NCBI GenBank assembly: GCA_050633245.1
Contig: JBOEGD010000001.1
Span: 407,232 to 424,451, forward strand
Source of the DNA: Calditrichia bacterium
GTDB lineage: Bacteria; Calditrichota; Calditrichia; RBG-13-44-9; J075
DNA: 17,220 nt
Reading direction: 5' to 3'
Positions 1 to 9,047 of this stretch are shown one piece after another. Made by a program: the position numbers and the translations under genes. The notes below the pieces were generated by a model. It was given only the letters and a program-made list of their open reading frames with translations. It was not told the origin of the DNA and did no database searches. Within the stretch, counting starts at the first letter, position 1. Each line of letters opens with the position of its first letter.

Positions 1-9
1 CGCGCAACC

Positions 10-36
10 AATCCTGTAAATCCTGTTAATCCATGT
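10..36. repeat. Short 9-bp-period tandem repeat (AATCCTGTA/AATCCTGTT/AATCCATGT)
   Basis: Three imperfect 9-mers at 10-18, 19-27 and 28-36, just downstream of the 43..606 gene. The repeat may extend beyond the window. Confidence 0.55.
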
Positions 37-42
37 CCATGT

Positions 43-606
43 TTATGTTGGTTTCACCATCTTTGCCAAGATTAATCCCACAATAACCCACGAGACCGCC
101 ATATCCGCAATCATGACCAGCGTGAAATCTGCCGGAAAATGCCACCAGTTCCAGTTGGCCAGCGGACCAACCAGCATTGCGATAGTTCCCACTGTTAACA
201 TAAAGAGAACCTTTTCCATCGTTCCGTTCAGTTTGGGTAGTGCCATTAGCAACAGCCAGGCAGCAGCGATTCCGGTAAGAATGTTCATAATAAGCGCGGC
301 AAGGAAAGACATTGGAGACATCGGATCGACACCATTGGGATTGTAGACCATGAAGTGCATGTTCGGGCCTTGCTTCATCTTGTTGAACATGGCTTCCATC
401 TCAGAATCACTTTGTTCTAACGGAAAGCCCGGATAGTGATACACCTGATGTTCGGTTAGATTTTCTTTCATTAGAGCCGCGATTTCTTCTCCGTTGGGCA
501 TGTTGTTGATTGTAGCATTGTGCCATGGAATAACCATCCATGAAACAGCTGCCCAAATAAACAATGCAACGCCTGCTGCAATTCCCGGAACGATAAAGTT
601 TTTCAT
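43..606 (-). CDS. Hypothetical integral membrane protein (about 4 TM helices)
   Basis: 187-aa ORF with an AGGAGA RBS on the minus strand (tctcct, 611-616). It has one N-terminal hydrophobic helix, a soluble loop (YHYPG) and three C-terminal hydrophobic helices. Confidence 0.8.
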   Translation of the reverse strand: MKNFIVPGIAAGVALFIWAAVSWMVIPWHNATINNMPNGEEIAALMKENLTEHQVYHYPGFPLEQSDSEMEAMFNKMKQGPNMHFMVYNPNGVDPMSPMSFLAALIMNILTGIAAAWLLLMALPKLNGTMEKVLFMLTVGTIAMLVGPLANWNWWHFPADFTLVMIADMAVSWVIVGLILAKMVKPT

Positions 607-880
607 GCTTTCTCCTGCTTGAATAATGGGTTTTGGACTTCTTATTTATTAAGAAAAGCCCTCGAATTGTTCTTCCCGATTTAACCCACACACAATTAAA
701 CATATCAGCTTTGCCGCAATTACGCAAATAGCTGGCCGGTCCAATTCATATTCTCATTGCTATTGAATTTAAGCGCAACGTATATTTTTACGTTAAGATG
801 CAACAGTGCGTCTCGATCACAATAATAGGGCCACCCGAATTGGCCATGTGTTCATGTTTACCCCAAACGATGAGACCTAT

Positions 881-3800
881 ATGGATACCGTAAAATACGA
901 CCTAAAAAACAAGATTCGAATTGTAACCGCTGCTTCACTGTTTGATGGGCATGATGCAAGCATAAATATCATGCGCCGCATACTGCAGAGCTCGGGTGCA
1001 GAGGTGATTCACCTCGGCCATAACCGCAGCGTGCAGGAGATCGTGGACTGTGCCATTCAGGAAGATGCGCAGGCCATTGCGCTTACTAGTTATCAGGGTG
1101 GGCATGTTGAATATTTGAAGTATATGTACGATTTGCTAAAGGAACGCAACGCCGGACATATCCGTATTTTTGCCGGAGGTGGAGGAACTATCTTTCCCGA
1201 AGAGATTGCCGAGCTTCATGACTACGGTATCACGCGCATCTACTCGCCAGCTGATGGAAGTAATATGGGTCTGCAGGGAATGATCGATGATCTGCTTAGT
1301 AAAAGCGATTACATAACCGTATCCTCTTTAAACGGCCAGCTCAAAAAGTTGGGAAAGCGTGACCCCGGTGCAATTGCCCAAACCATTTCATTTATCGAGA
1401 ATTATCCTGAAAAAGCGCAAGACGTTGTTGAGCGTCTGGAAAAAGAAGCGGCAAAAAGCAGTACGCCGGTTCTTGGTATTACCGGAACAGGCGGTGCAGG
1501 GAAGTCGTCACTAACCGATGAGTTGATTCGACGTTTTATTACAGATTTTGAAGATAAGCACATTGCCATAATTTCGGTCGATCCGTCTAAGCGCAAAACC
1601 GGTGGCGCACTCCTTGGCGACCGCATTCGCATGAACTCCATTTATCATCCGCGAGTATACATGCGATCTTTTGCCACGCGTCAGGCCCACCTGGCACTGA
1701 ACACCACGATTGTTCCCGCAGTGAATGTGTTAAAGGCTGCTGGTTTTGATTTAGTTATAGTTGAAACGGCCGGCATTGGACAGAGTGATTCTGAAATTAC
1801 GGAAATTTCAGATGTTTCTGTCTACGTGATGACGCCTGAATACGGCGCCGCTACTCAACTCGAAAAAATTGATATGATTGATTATGCCGATCTCATTGCC
1901 ATCAATAAATTCGATAAGCGCGGTGCTCTCGATGCCCGTCGCGACGTGCAGAAGCAGTTTCAGCGTGGCCGCGGACTGTGGGATCAAAAGCCAGCCGATA
2001 TGCCGGTTTATGGTAGCATCGCATCGCAGTTTAACGATCCGGGAACGAATAGTTTTTATCGCGCTGTAATTGATGAGTTAGTAGAAAAATTGAATCTGGA
2101 CTGGCAGTCGGGCTATCAAATTACTGACGAGATGAGCGAGAAGGTTCACATTATCCCACCGGAACGCGTGCGCTATCTTGCCGAGATAGCTGAACTCCAT
2201 GAACGCTTTAAGGCCTATGTGGAAAAACAAACCGATATGGCGCGCAAAGCGTATCAGCTAAAAGGGACGATTGACCTGTTGAAATCTCAGGATAAAGATG
2301 CTGGTGAGCTCGAAACGTTATATCAGGAATTCGATCGTTCATTGGATAAGGACTGTAAGGAAGTGCTGGATAATTGGGAGGCAACCAAGCAAAAGTATCG
2401 CGATGAGTTCTTTACCTATACGGTGCGCGGTAAAGAGATCAAAGTTGAAAACTATACTGAGTCATTGAGTCATTCACAAATCCCCAAGGTGGTCTTGCCA
2501 TCCTATAAAGATTGGGGAGATATCCTGAACTGGGCACTTACCGAAAACGTTCCCGGTGCTTTTCCTTATACGGCTGGCGTGTATCCATTCAAACGTACTG
2601 GTGAAGACCCTACCCGCATGTTTGCCGGTGAGGGTACGCCGGAACGCACCAACCGACGCTTTCACTATCTCAGTGATGGCATGCCTGCCGCTCGTTTGAG
2701 TACCGCCTTCGACTCGGTTACGCTTTACGGTGAAGATCCTGCGCATCGTCCGGATATCTATGGAAAAATCGGTAACTCCGGTGTTTCTATTGCAACAGTT
2801 GATGATGCCAAGAAACTTTACTCCGGTTTTGATCTCAGCAAGAAAACGACCTCTGTATCAATGACGATTAACGGGCCGGCTCCGATGCTGCTTGCGTTTT
2901 TTATGAATACAGCTATTGATCAACAGTGCGAGAAATACATTCTTGAAAACGGTTTAATGGAAGAAATAGAAAATAAAATTGATGCAATTTATAAAGATCG
3001 CAACGAACTGCGTCCGCGTTACGAAGGTAATCTGCCCAAAGGAAACGATGGACTCGGACTCATGCTGCTTGGCGTGAGCGGCGATCAGGTGCTCCCGAAG
3101 AATGTGTATGAAAAGATAAAAGCCGAAACGATGTCCGCCGTTCGCGGAACGGTCCAGGCGGATATTTTAAAAGAAGACCAGGCGCAAAACACCTGCATCT
3201 TCTCAACCGAATTTGCGCTGCGGATGATGGGGGATATTCAGAGTTATTTCGTCGAAAAAAACGTTCGCAACTTCTATTCGGTATCGATCTCGGGGTATCA
3301 CATCGCTGAGGCCGGAGCAAATCCGATTACACAACTGGCCTTTACCCTGGCGAATGGATTTACCTTCGTCGAGTTCTATCTCAGTCGCGGTATGGACATT
3401 AACAGCTTTGCGCCGAACCTTTCCTTTTTCTTCAGCAATGGTGTCGATCCGGAGTATTCGGTTATTGGTCGCGTTGCTCGGCGAATTTGGGCAAAGGCCA
3501 TTAAGTATAAATATGAAGGCAATGCGCGCTCGCAAATGTTGAAGTATCATATTCAAACTTCCGGGCGCTCGCTGCATGCGCAGGAGATCGACTTTAACGA
3601 TATTCGCACCACGCTGCAGGCACTCTATGCCATTTATGACAACTGTAATTCGCTGCACACCAATGCCTATGATGAGGCTATTACCACGCCGACAGAAGAA
3701 TCGGTGCGTCGCGCGGTTGCTATTCAGTTAATTATTAACAAAGAACTGGGACTTGCAACCAATGAAAATCCACTTCAGGGTGCCTTTATAATCGAAGAAC

Positions 3801-4243
3801 TCACCGATCTGGTAGAAGAAGCAGTCATGACCGAGTTTCGCCGCATTACGGATCGTGGTGGCGTTCTGGGTGCGATGGAAACGATGTATCAACGCAATAA
3901 GATTCAGGAAGAGTCGCTACATTACGAGTCGCTGAAGCACAGTGGTGAGCTACCGATTATCGGAGTGAATACCTTCCTGAATAAAAAGGGTGGTGACGTG
4001 GAGATGCCGAAAGAAGTGGCTCGTTCAACACCGGAAGAGAAGAAAGAGCAAATTGATGCGGTCACGGCATTTCAACAGCGCAATGAGGCTGATACTGCTG
4101 CGGCTCTGGAACGCTTAAAAAAGGCTGCTGTTAAAAATAGCAATGTCTTTGAGGAATTAATGGAAGTCGCGAAGGTCGCTTCACTTGGACAGATCAGTGC
4201 GGCGCTTTATACCGTTGGTGGGCAGTATAGAAGGAATATGTAG
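881..4243 (+). CDS. icmF: Fused isobutyryl-CoA mutase / MeaB-like G-protein chaperone (IcmF; methylmalonyl-CoA mutase family)
   Basis: N-terminal B12-binding domain (LFDGHDAS), then a MeaB GTPase ([24 protein letters not shown]), then a C-terminal mutase barrel ([47 protein letters not shown]). Phe in RMFAG and Gln in EDQAQN are ICM-type specificity residues. The start is placed at ATG 881 rather than GTG 806. Confidence 0.93.
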   Translation: MDTVKYDLKNKIRIVTAASLFDGHDASINIMRRILQSSGAEVIHLGHNRSVQEIVDCAIQEDAQAIALTSYQGGHVEYLKYMYDLLKERNAGHIRIFAGGGGTIFPEEIAELHDYGITRIYSPADGSNMGLQGMIDDLLSKSDYITVSSLNGQLKKLGKRDPGAIAQTISFIENYPEKAQDVVERLEKEAAKSSTPVLGITGTGGAGKSSLTDELIRRFITDFEDKHIAIISVDPSKRKTGGALLGDRIRMNSIYHPRVYMRSFATRQAHLALNTTIVPAVNVLKAAGFDLVIVETAGIGQSDSEITEISDVSVYVMTPEYGAATQLEKIDMIDYADLIAINKFDKRGALDARRDVQKQFQRGRGLWDQKPADMPVYGSIASQFNDPGTNSFYRAVIDELVEKLNLDWQSGYQITDEMSEKVHIIPPERVRYLAEIAELHERFKAYVEKQTDMARKAYQLKGTIDLLKSQDKDAGELETLYQEFDRSLDKDCKEVLDNWEATKQKYRDEFFTYTVRGKEIKVENYTESLSHSQIPKVVLPSYKDWGDILNWALTENVPGAFPYTAGVYPFKRTGEDPTRMFAGEGTPERTNRRFHYLSDGMPAARLSTAFDSVTLYGEDPAHRPDIYGKIGNSGVSIATVDDAKKLYSGFDLSKKTTSVSMTINGPAPMLLAFFMNTAIDQQCEKYILENGLMEEIENKIDAIYKDRNELRPRYEGNLPKGNDGLGLMLLGVSGDQVLPKNVYEKIKAETMSAVRGTVQADILKEDQAQNTCIFSTEFALRMMGDIQSYFVEKNVRNFYSVSISGYHIAEAGANPITQLAFTLANGFTFVEFYLSRGMDINSFAPNLSFFFSNGVDPEYSVIGRVARRIWAKAIKYKYEGNARSQMLKYHIQTSGRSLHAQEIDFNDIRTTLQALYAIYDNCNSLHTNAYDEAITTPTEESVRRAVAIQLIINKELGLATNENPLQGAFIIEELTDLVEEAVMTEFRRITDRGGVLGAMETMYQRNKIQEESLHYESLKHSGELPIIGVNTFLNKKGGDVEMPKEVARSTPEEKKEQIDAVTAFQQRNEADTAAALERLKKAAVKNSNVFEELMEVAKVASLGQISAALYTVGGQYRRNM

Positions 4244-4414
4244 AACGCGCCTTCGGCGCCAGGGGGTAGGACGTCCCGATGGATCGGGACTTTAGGAGGT
4301 AGGACGCCCTCTTTTGTCGGGCTGGTAGGAAGTAATCACCAACCAGCGAGTATAACGAGCGATCTACCAATGAGCTCAGCGAATGGCCTATCAGCGAATG
4401 TAATGAGCGTCCTA
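4240..4414. repeat. Cluster of GTAG-flanked REP-like palindromic units (3 forward, 2 inverted)
   Basis: GTAGAACG at 4240, GGTAGGACG at 4265 and 4298, and CTGGTAGG at 4322. Inverted copies lie at 4339-4368 and 4387-4414. Internal hairpins are GCGCC-TTC-GGCGC and GTCCCGAT-GG-ATCGGGAC. Confidence 0.7.
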
Positions 4415-4429
4415 AATACAGGAGGACTT

Positions 4430-4858
4430 ATGTCTGAAGTAAAAACCAAACCTAATGAAGACAGCGTACTGGAATTTCTGAACGCAATTGAGAATGAAAA
4501 GAAACGGGAAGATTCTTTCAGAATTTTCGAGTTGATGCGCGAAGTAACTGGTGAAGAGCCCAGGATGTGGACCGGTGGTATTGTTGGCTTTGGCAGTTAT
4601 CACTACAAATACAAAAGCGGCAGGGAAGGAGACTGGTTTGTAACCGGCTTCTCTCCGCGTAAACAGAACCTCACAATGTACATCATGGCTGGCTTTGCAC
4701 AATATGATGAGTTGATGTCGAAGCTTGGAAAATACAAAACCGGCGTATCATGCCTTTATATCAAAAAGCTGGAAGACGTGGATCAGGACGTGCTTGTAGA
4801 ATTAGTGACTCAGTCAGTTGAGTATGTGAGAGCCAATGATGCGAATAAATCCGGATAA
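4430..4858 (+). CDS. DUF1801 (YdhG-like) domain protein
   Basis: Family-typical motifs MWTGGIVGFGSYHYKYKSGREGDWFVTGFSPRKQNLTMY and LGKYKTGVSCLYIKKL. A strong AGGAGG RBS at 4420-4425 supports ATG 4430. Confidence 0.88.
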   Translation: MSEVKTKPNEDSVLEFLNAIENEKKREDSFRIFELMREVTGEEPRMWTGGIVGFGSYHYKYKSGREGDWFVTGFSPRKQNLTMYIMAGFAQYDELMSKLGKYKTGVSCLYIKKLEDVDQDVLVELVTQSVEYVRANDANKSG

Positions 4859-4868
4859 TGGGGGAACG

Positions 4869-6704
4869 TTGAAAAAAGTTACATTATTCATTCTGACAGT
4901 TTCTCTGGCTCTGTTCCTGGCCGCATGTCAGAGTGCTACTGAGCCTGAAGAAGAGCCGGTGGTAAGCGGGAATACGTTTATGTTCACCGACTCCACGGAT
5001 ACATTGTTTGTCTGGGGAACTGTAAGTATTGACTTGAATTCACAAATAGACACCACCAATATTTCGGATTCGCTAGTGTGCTTTCTTGACGATGTCCGGC
5101 ATAGTGCAGTCTACAATTACCAGTCAGGGCCACTTACTTTTCGAAGCATTCAATTTGCCAGCGGTACGTATACGTTGCGATATCTTCTTTATACAACAAG
5201 GGGTGCAAATGGAAGCTCTCAAGGACAGCAGTTTGTCGAAGAGATATCGCGAATTATTGTAATTAATAATGACCCGCCAGCTCCAAGTGAGATTGTAGCA
5301 CTTGCACCTATAGATGGAAAACTACAGTTCGATTGGGAGCCGTATGACATATTTAATTTCCAGGAATACCGAATTGAATTGAAGCATGAAGTCGGTTGGG
5401 GGCAGGTGACGACAATTGTTAACAGCAAAACGACGACTTGGCGACACCCAATTTTTGTTGGTGGAGATCATCAAGAATATCGAGTTGTTGTAAAGGCAGC
5501 TGATCAGGAAGCCGCCTCGCAGCCGCGATCTCCTAGTAACACAGATCCTCTTCTAAATCCAGTTGAAGTTACCAGCGATTATGGGATGAACTTTTCGTGG
5601 CGGAGAAGTGTTTTCGATTCTGCTTTTGCTGCATATCATTTGCAGGTATACCTTGATGAATCGCCTGGCTCTGCCTACCAAGATATTGCAATTATCACCG
5701 ATATAGATTCAACAGCATTTTCCTTCTCCAAGCCGTTGTTTGGTAATCCTATTCACTTCGTGATTTGGACAGAATCAAATGTACGTGGCTCTAACTCACG
5801 GTTCTCAGAGCAACAGCCGGCAGTGGTTGGAGAGAAAATTAACTCGCATCGTTATCTAAGACACATACCTCAGCGTGATCGACTCTTTATGTATCGAGAG
5901 GGAACAGCGATTGAATATCAAGCCTCGACCATGGATTCGCTAACGACTCATCAGGTGGCACCAGACTTTAGTAAAAATGCCCTTCTTGCATATCAGCAGA
6001 GACCGAGTTCCAGTGACATTGAAGACAGAAAATATTTTTCTTCTGTCGATCCGGTTACAATACAGCAAATACAAGAGTTCAATACCTTTGATTTCGTTGG
6101 ATATAACTCCTATCTCGGCGATGATCGATTACATCCAGATAACACCGGTCGAATTTGGTATTCCGGGTTTACATTTTCTTCACCGACATTTTTTTTTGAT
6201 AAGGTGTTTCTCTTAAACTTAAATACCGGTATGGTTGAAGTTGAATTTGATGGTAAATCCCTTATCTCTGAAGTCTCCGCCGATGGTAACTATATTGTCT
6301 TATCTAGCCCTTCGCCTGCAACTCTTTATCATTTTGATGGAAGCCAGCTTGTTGCTTTGAGAATTATAGACTCACCGGACCTTTTTAAGTTTCACCCAGA
6401 TAATCTGCACTATGTCTTGATTCAAAATCAGAGTATTCAGATGTATGATCTTGCAACGAACTCACTTGTCTCGGAGGTTGCTCTTCCAGAATTCGTGCAA
6501 AGGCCTGATGTCGATATACTTACCGATTATGTTGGCTGCCGGTCGGTTGCATCGATAAATGGGCAATATACTTATCGAGTATTAGATATAAGTTCAGGTG
6601 AGATAAAAAAGGAAATCTCTTTGATCGGTGGAGCAAATGCTCAGCTGGCTAATGGAACATTGTTTAGTAGCCGCGGATATTTCTTACCGCTGAACTTGGA
6701 ATAG
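4869..6704 (+). CDS. Large lipoprotein, probably Ig/Fn3-like domains plus a C-terminal beta-propeller-like region; function unknown
   Basis: TTG start at 4869 after GGGGGAA gives a type II signal peptide, MKKVTLFILTVSLALFLAAC, with lipobox LAAC. Fn3-like patterns include LQFDWEP..FQEYRI and MNFSWRRS..FAAYHL. The C-terminal repeats are propeller-like (VSADGNYIVL, FHPDNLHYVL, IQMYDLAT). Confidence 0.75.
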   Translation: MKKVTLFILTVSLALFLAACQSATEPEEEPVVSGNTFMFTDSTDTLFVWGTVSIDLNSQIDTTNISDSLVCFLDDVRHSAVYNYQSGPLTFRSIQFASGTYTLRYLLYTTRGANGSSQGQQFVEEISRIIVINNDPPAPSEIVALAPIDGKLQFDWEPYDIFNFQEYRIELKHEVGWGQVTTIVNSKTTTWRHPIFVGGDHQEYRVVVKAADQEAASQPRSPSNTDPLLNPVEVTSDYGMNFSWRRSVFDSAFAAYHLQVYLDESPGSAYQDIAIITDIDSTAFSFSKPLFGNPIHFVIWTESNVRGSNSRFSEQQPAVVGEKINSHRYLRHIPQRDRLFMYREGTAIEYQASTMDSLTTHQVAPDFSKNALLAYQQRPSSSDIEDRKYFSSVDPVTIQQIQEFNTFDFVGYNSYLGDDRLHPDNTGRIWYSGFTFSSPTFFFDKVFLLNLNTGMVEVEFDGKSLISEVSADGNYIVLSSPSPATLYHFDGSQLVALRIIDSPDLFKFHPDNLHYVLIQNQSIQMYDLATNSLVSEVALPEFVQRPDVDILTDYVGCRSVASINGQYTYRVLDISSGEIKKEISLIGGANAQLANGTLFSSRGYFLPLNLE

Positions 6705-6707
6705 CGA

Positions 6708-8273
6708 ATGAAAATCGGCATCCTCTATACCGGCGGAACTATCGGCTGCATTAGCGAGCCGCTTGTTCCTCTTGATGAAGCCCGCTTTGAAGCCGCTTTT
6801 ATGAAGCACCTTGCTCCGGTAGTTGTGTCACGCTATCCTGCCTGTGAGATGCGCTTTATTCCCTTTGGTTTGAGCATTGACAGCACCAACGTACAGCCTC
6901 GTGATTGGTGTACTATGGCATCGGCGATTCTTGAAAGCTATATGGATTTCGATGCCTTCGTTGTTTTGCACGGCACCGATACGATGGCCTGGACGGCTTC
7001 TGCGATGTCGTTTTTATTAACCGGATTGAACAGCGATGGCTATCCTAACGCCGTACTTAGCAGACCAGTTGTGTTTACCGGTGCTCAGCTTCCGCTATTT
7101 CAAGAACTCGATGATGCGGACTTACAGCTTCTTTTCAACACCGATGCCTTTCAAAATGTGTGTGGCGCTTTTGCAGCTGCGCATGCCGGGGTTCAGGAAG
7201 TATGTCTGTATTTTAATGATGTACTTTATCGCGGAAATCGAACTGTAAAAACCAGCGCGTCGGATTTTAATGCGTTCCTTTCGCCAAACTTTCCTCCCCT
7301 CGGCACCAATGGCACGGACTTCTTTCTGCAAAATGATCATATTCAGCATCTTCCAACGACTGCTACAATTTCACTTGATGACGCAGAAGCGCGTAAGCTT
7401 TTGCGAAAGCAGCTCAACTACATAACTGCCCATATCGATGAAACAACGGTGATGCCTTTTTTAGCCTTCCCGGCCTCATTTGGAAATACCAATGGTAGAA
7501 ACCACTCGTTTCTAAACTCACTCCTGTCGACTTCGCTGGAACAAGGTGTTGAAGGAGTAATTCTGCAGGCTTATGGTGAAGGTAATTTTCCATCGGGAAA
7601 TCCCGAAAATCCGCACGAAGGGGCACTTTTTCAAACCCTCAAAAAAGCGCATGATGATGGCACCATACTAATCGACTGTTCGCAGGTCCTCAATGGCGTA
7701 GTGGATTCACAATCTTATGCCGCCGGTTCCTGGCTGGGTAGTAGCGGTGCGATCGGTGCATTCGATATGACGTCTGTTGCGGCTCTCACCAAGCTGTATT
7801 TCTTACTGACGCTACGTGATTATGACGATTATCATTGGGATCAACGTACTCTGGAGCGCCTGATGCTTACCAATCTCATGGGTGAAATTATGGACGTGCA
7901 TCGGCTGGATACCCGTGGTAAGGAATTCCTTGCTCCCGGTGAGTCGATTGTTGCTTTGGATGGAAGCATTATTCTGTTCAATCACCGACGACTGGGCCCT
8001 GTTCTTCAAACACGAGACAAAAAAGAGATTCTTTGGCAGGCGATTGAAAATCCGGAAGTTGGTAGTATGCCGGGAAGACTTTATATGCAGGCCGACGGTA
8101 ATTTGATTTTCTATGATGGTTCAAATACGGTGCTTTACGCCTCTGAGACTGCGCGACCAACTAGTGCCACGTCAATGCTTGTACTTGATGGCGCCTCATC
8201 TTCTGCCGGCATCCGCCTCTATATCTACAACTATGCTAAAAGTGAGATTAGCAAGGTGCTTTTTAGCGGCTAA
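6708..8273 (+). CDS. Type I (AnsA-like) L-asparaginase with a C-terminal bulb-type (B) lectin-like domain
   Basis: Catalytic motifs YTGGTIG and HGTDTMA, plus PVVFTGAQ, RGNRTVK..FNAFLSPNFPPLG, ILQAYGEGN and DMTSVAALTKL. The C-terminal ~120 aa contain FLAPGES, ILWQA and LYMQADGNLIFY. Confidence 0.88.
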   Translation: MKIGILYTGGTIGCISEPLVPLDEARFEAAFMKHLAPVVVSRYPACEMRFIPFGLSIDSTNVQPRDWCTMASAILESYMDFDAFVVLHGTDTMAWTASAMSFLLTGLNSDGYPNAVLSRPVVFTGAQLPLFQELDDADLQLLFNTDAFQNVCGAFAAAHAGVQEVCLYFNDVLYRGNRTVKTSASDFNAFLSPNFPPLGTNGTDFFLQNDHIQHLPTTATISLDDAEARKLLRKQLNYITAHIDETTVMPFLAFPASFGNTNGRNHSFLNSLLSTSLEQGVEGVILQAYGEGNFPSGNPENPHEGALFQTLKKAHDDGTILIDCSQVLNGVVDSQSYAAGSWLGSSGAIGAFDMTSVAALTKLYFLLTLRDYDDYHWDQRTLERLMLTNLMGEIMDVHRLDTRGKEFLAPGESIVALDGSIILFNHRRLGPVLQTRDKKEILWQAIENPEVGSMPGRLYMQADGNLIFYDGSNTVLYASETARPTSATSMLVLDGASSSAGIRLYIYNYAKSEISKVLFSG

Positions 8274-8276
8274 AGC

Positions 8277-8870
8277 CTAAAGTTTCAGCCCCTTCAAGTG
8301 CTGATAGAATTGCGCAATTGGAAATCCCATTACATTGTAATAGCACCCGTTTATTTTCTTAATAAAAATTGATGCCAATCCTTGAATACCATAAGCTCCA
8401 GCTTTATCGAAGGCCTCTCCGGAGTTTAGATACGTTTCAATCTCATGTCCGGAGAATGAATGAAAGACCACATCGGTAACGGCATGGTTGATGATTTCGC
8501 TATTGTCGCTGAGCATGCAAAAGGCAGAGATCACCTGATGCGTTTTGCCACTTAGTTGTTTAAGCGTTACCGTTGCTTCCTCTCGCGATGCCGGCTTCTC
8601 AAATATCTGACCTTCCATCGCCACAATGGTATCTGCAGAAATAATCAGGTCAGCAGTAACGCGATCCTGCACCCAATAAGCTTTGCTGGCAGCATTCTGC
8701 CGGGCATAGTCTACTTCATCGTGATAGCTTGCAGGATTCTCATCTACACCGGCCGGGTGAATTTCGAATGACAATCCGATATCACGGAGCAGCTGTACGC
8801 GTCTGGGTGACTGGCTTGCCAGGACGATCTTCTTGTCGTTTATTTTTAGCAGTTCGGTAAGGAATTTCAT
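8277..8870 (-). CDS. maf: Maf family nucleoside triphosphate pyrophosphatase (YhdE-type)
   Basis: IVLASQSPRR, ISADTIV, EKP, LSGKTHQV, DKAGAYGIQG and GCYYNVMGFP. Confidence 0.95.
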   Translation of the reverse strand: MKFLTELLKINDKKIVLASQSPRRVQLLRDIGLSFEIHPAGVDENPASYHDEVDYARQNAASKAYWVQDRVTADLIISADTIVAMEGQIFEKPASREEATVTLKQLSGKTHQVISAFCMLSDNSEIINHAVTDVVFHSFSGHEIETYLNSGEAFDKAGAYGIQGLASIFIKKINGCYYNVMGFPIAQFYQHLKGLKL

Positions 8871-8889
8871 TTTTTAGGTTCCAGGCTAT

Positions 8890-8945
8890 AAAGTGAAAAG
8901 TGAAAAGTGAAAAGTGAAAAGTGAAAAGTGAAAAGTAAAAAGTGA
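8890..8945. repeat. Heptamer tandem array (AAAGTGA)x8
   Basis: Seven perfect copies and one variant (AAAGTAA, 8932-8938). Confidence 0.95.
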
Positions 8946-8946
8946 A

Positions 8947-8973
8947 AATAAGGCAATAAGGCAATAAGGCAAT
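8947..8973. repeat. Octamer tandem array (AATAAGGC)x3.4
   Basis: Perfect copies at 8947, 8955 and 8963, plus a partial AAT. Confidence 0.9.
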
Positions 8974-8988
8974 TCTGTTAATCTCCGG

Positions 8989-9047
8989 CTCGCTTCTCGC
9001 CCCTGTCCCCTGACTTCTGACTTCTGACTTCTGACTTCTGCTCCCTG
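8989..9047. repeat. Heptamer tandem array: (CTGACTT)x4 core with degenerate flanking heptamers
   Basis: CTCGCTT CTCGCCC CTGTCCC (CTGACTT)x4 CTGCTCC CTG; the perfect core is 9010-9037. Confidence 0.9.

Noticed and set aside
607-880. Cobalamin riboswitch upstream of B12-dependent icmF
   Set aside because: No recognisable B12-box or conserved GGGAA/GCCACTG elements are visible by eye. An Rfam scan would settle it.
806-880. Longer ORF-track starts (icmF 806; likewise 4370, 4836 and 15102)
   Set aside because: Downstream starts have better RBSs or match the family N-termini. The 4370 extension runs through repeat DNA.
4240-4414. CRISPR-like array (conserved flanks with variable inserts)
   Set aside because: The conserved parts are only 7-9 bp and occur in mixed orientation, the inserts are self-complementary and related to each other, and there are no cas genes. 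A REP-like family explains it better.
8782-8964. 60-aa ORF with FTFHFSL repeats
   Set aside because: It is simply the translation of the heptamer microsatellite and overlaps maf out of frame.
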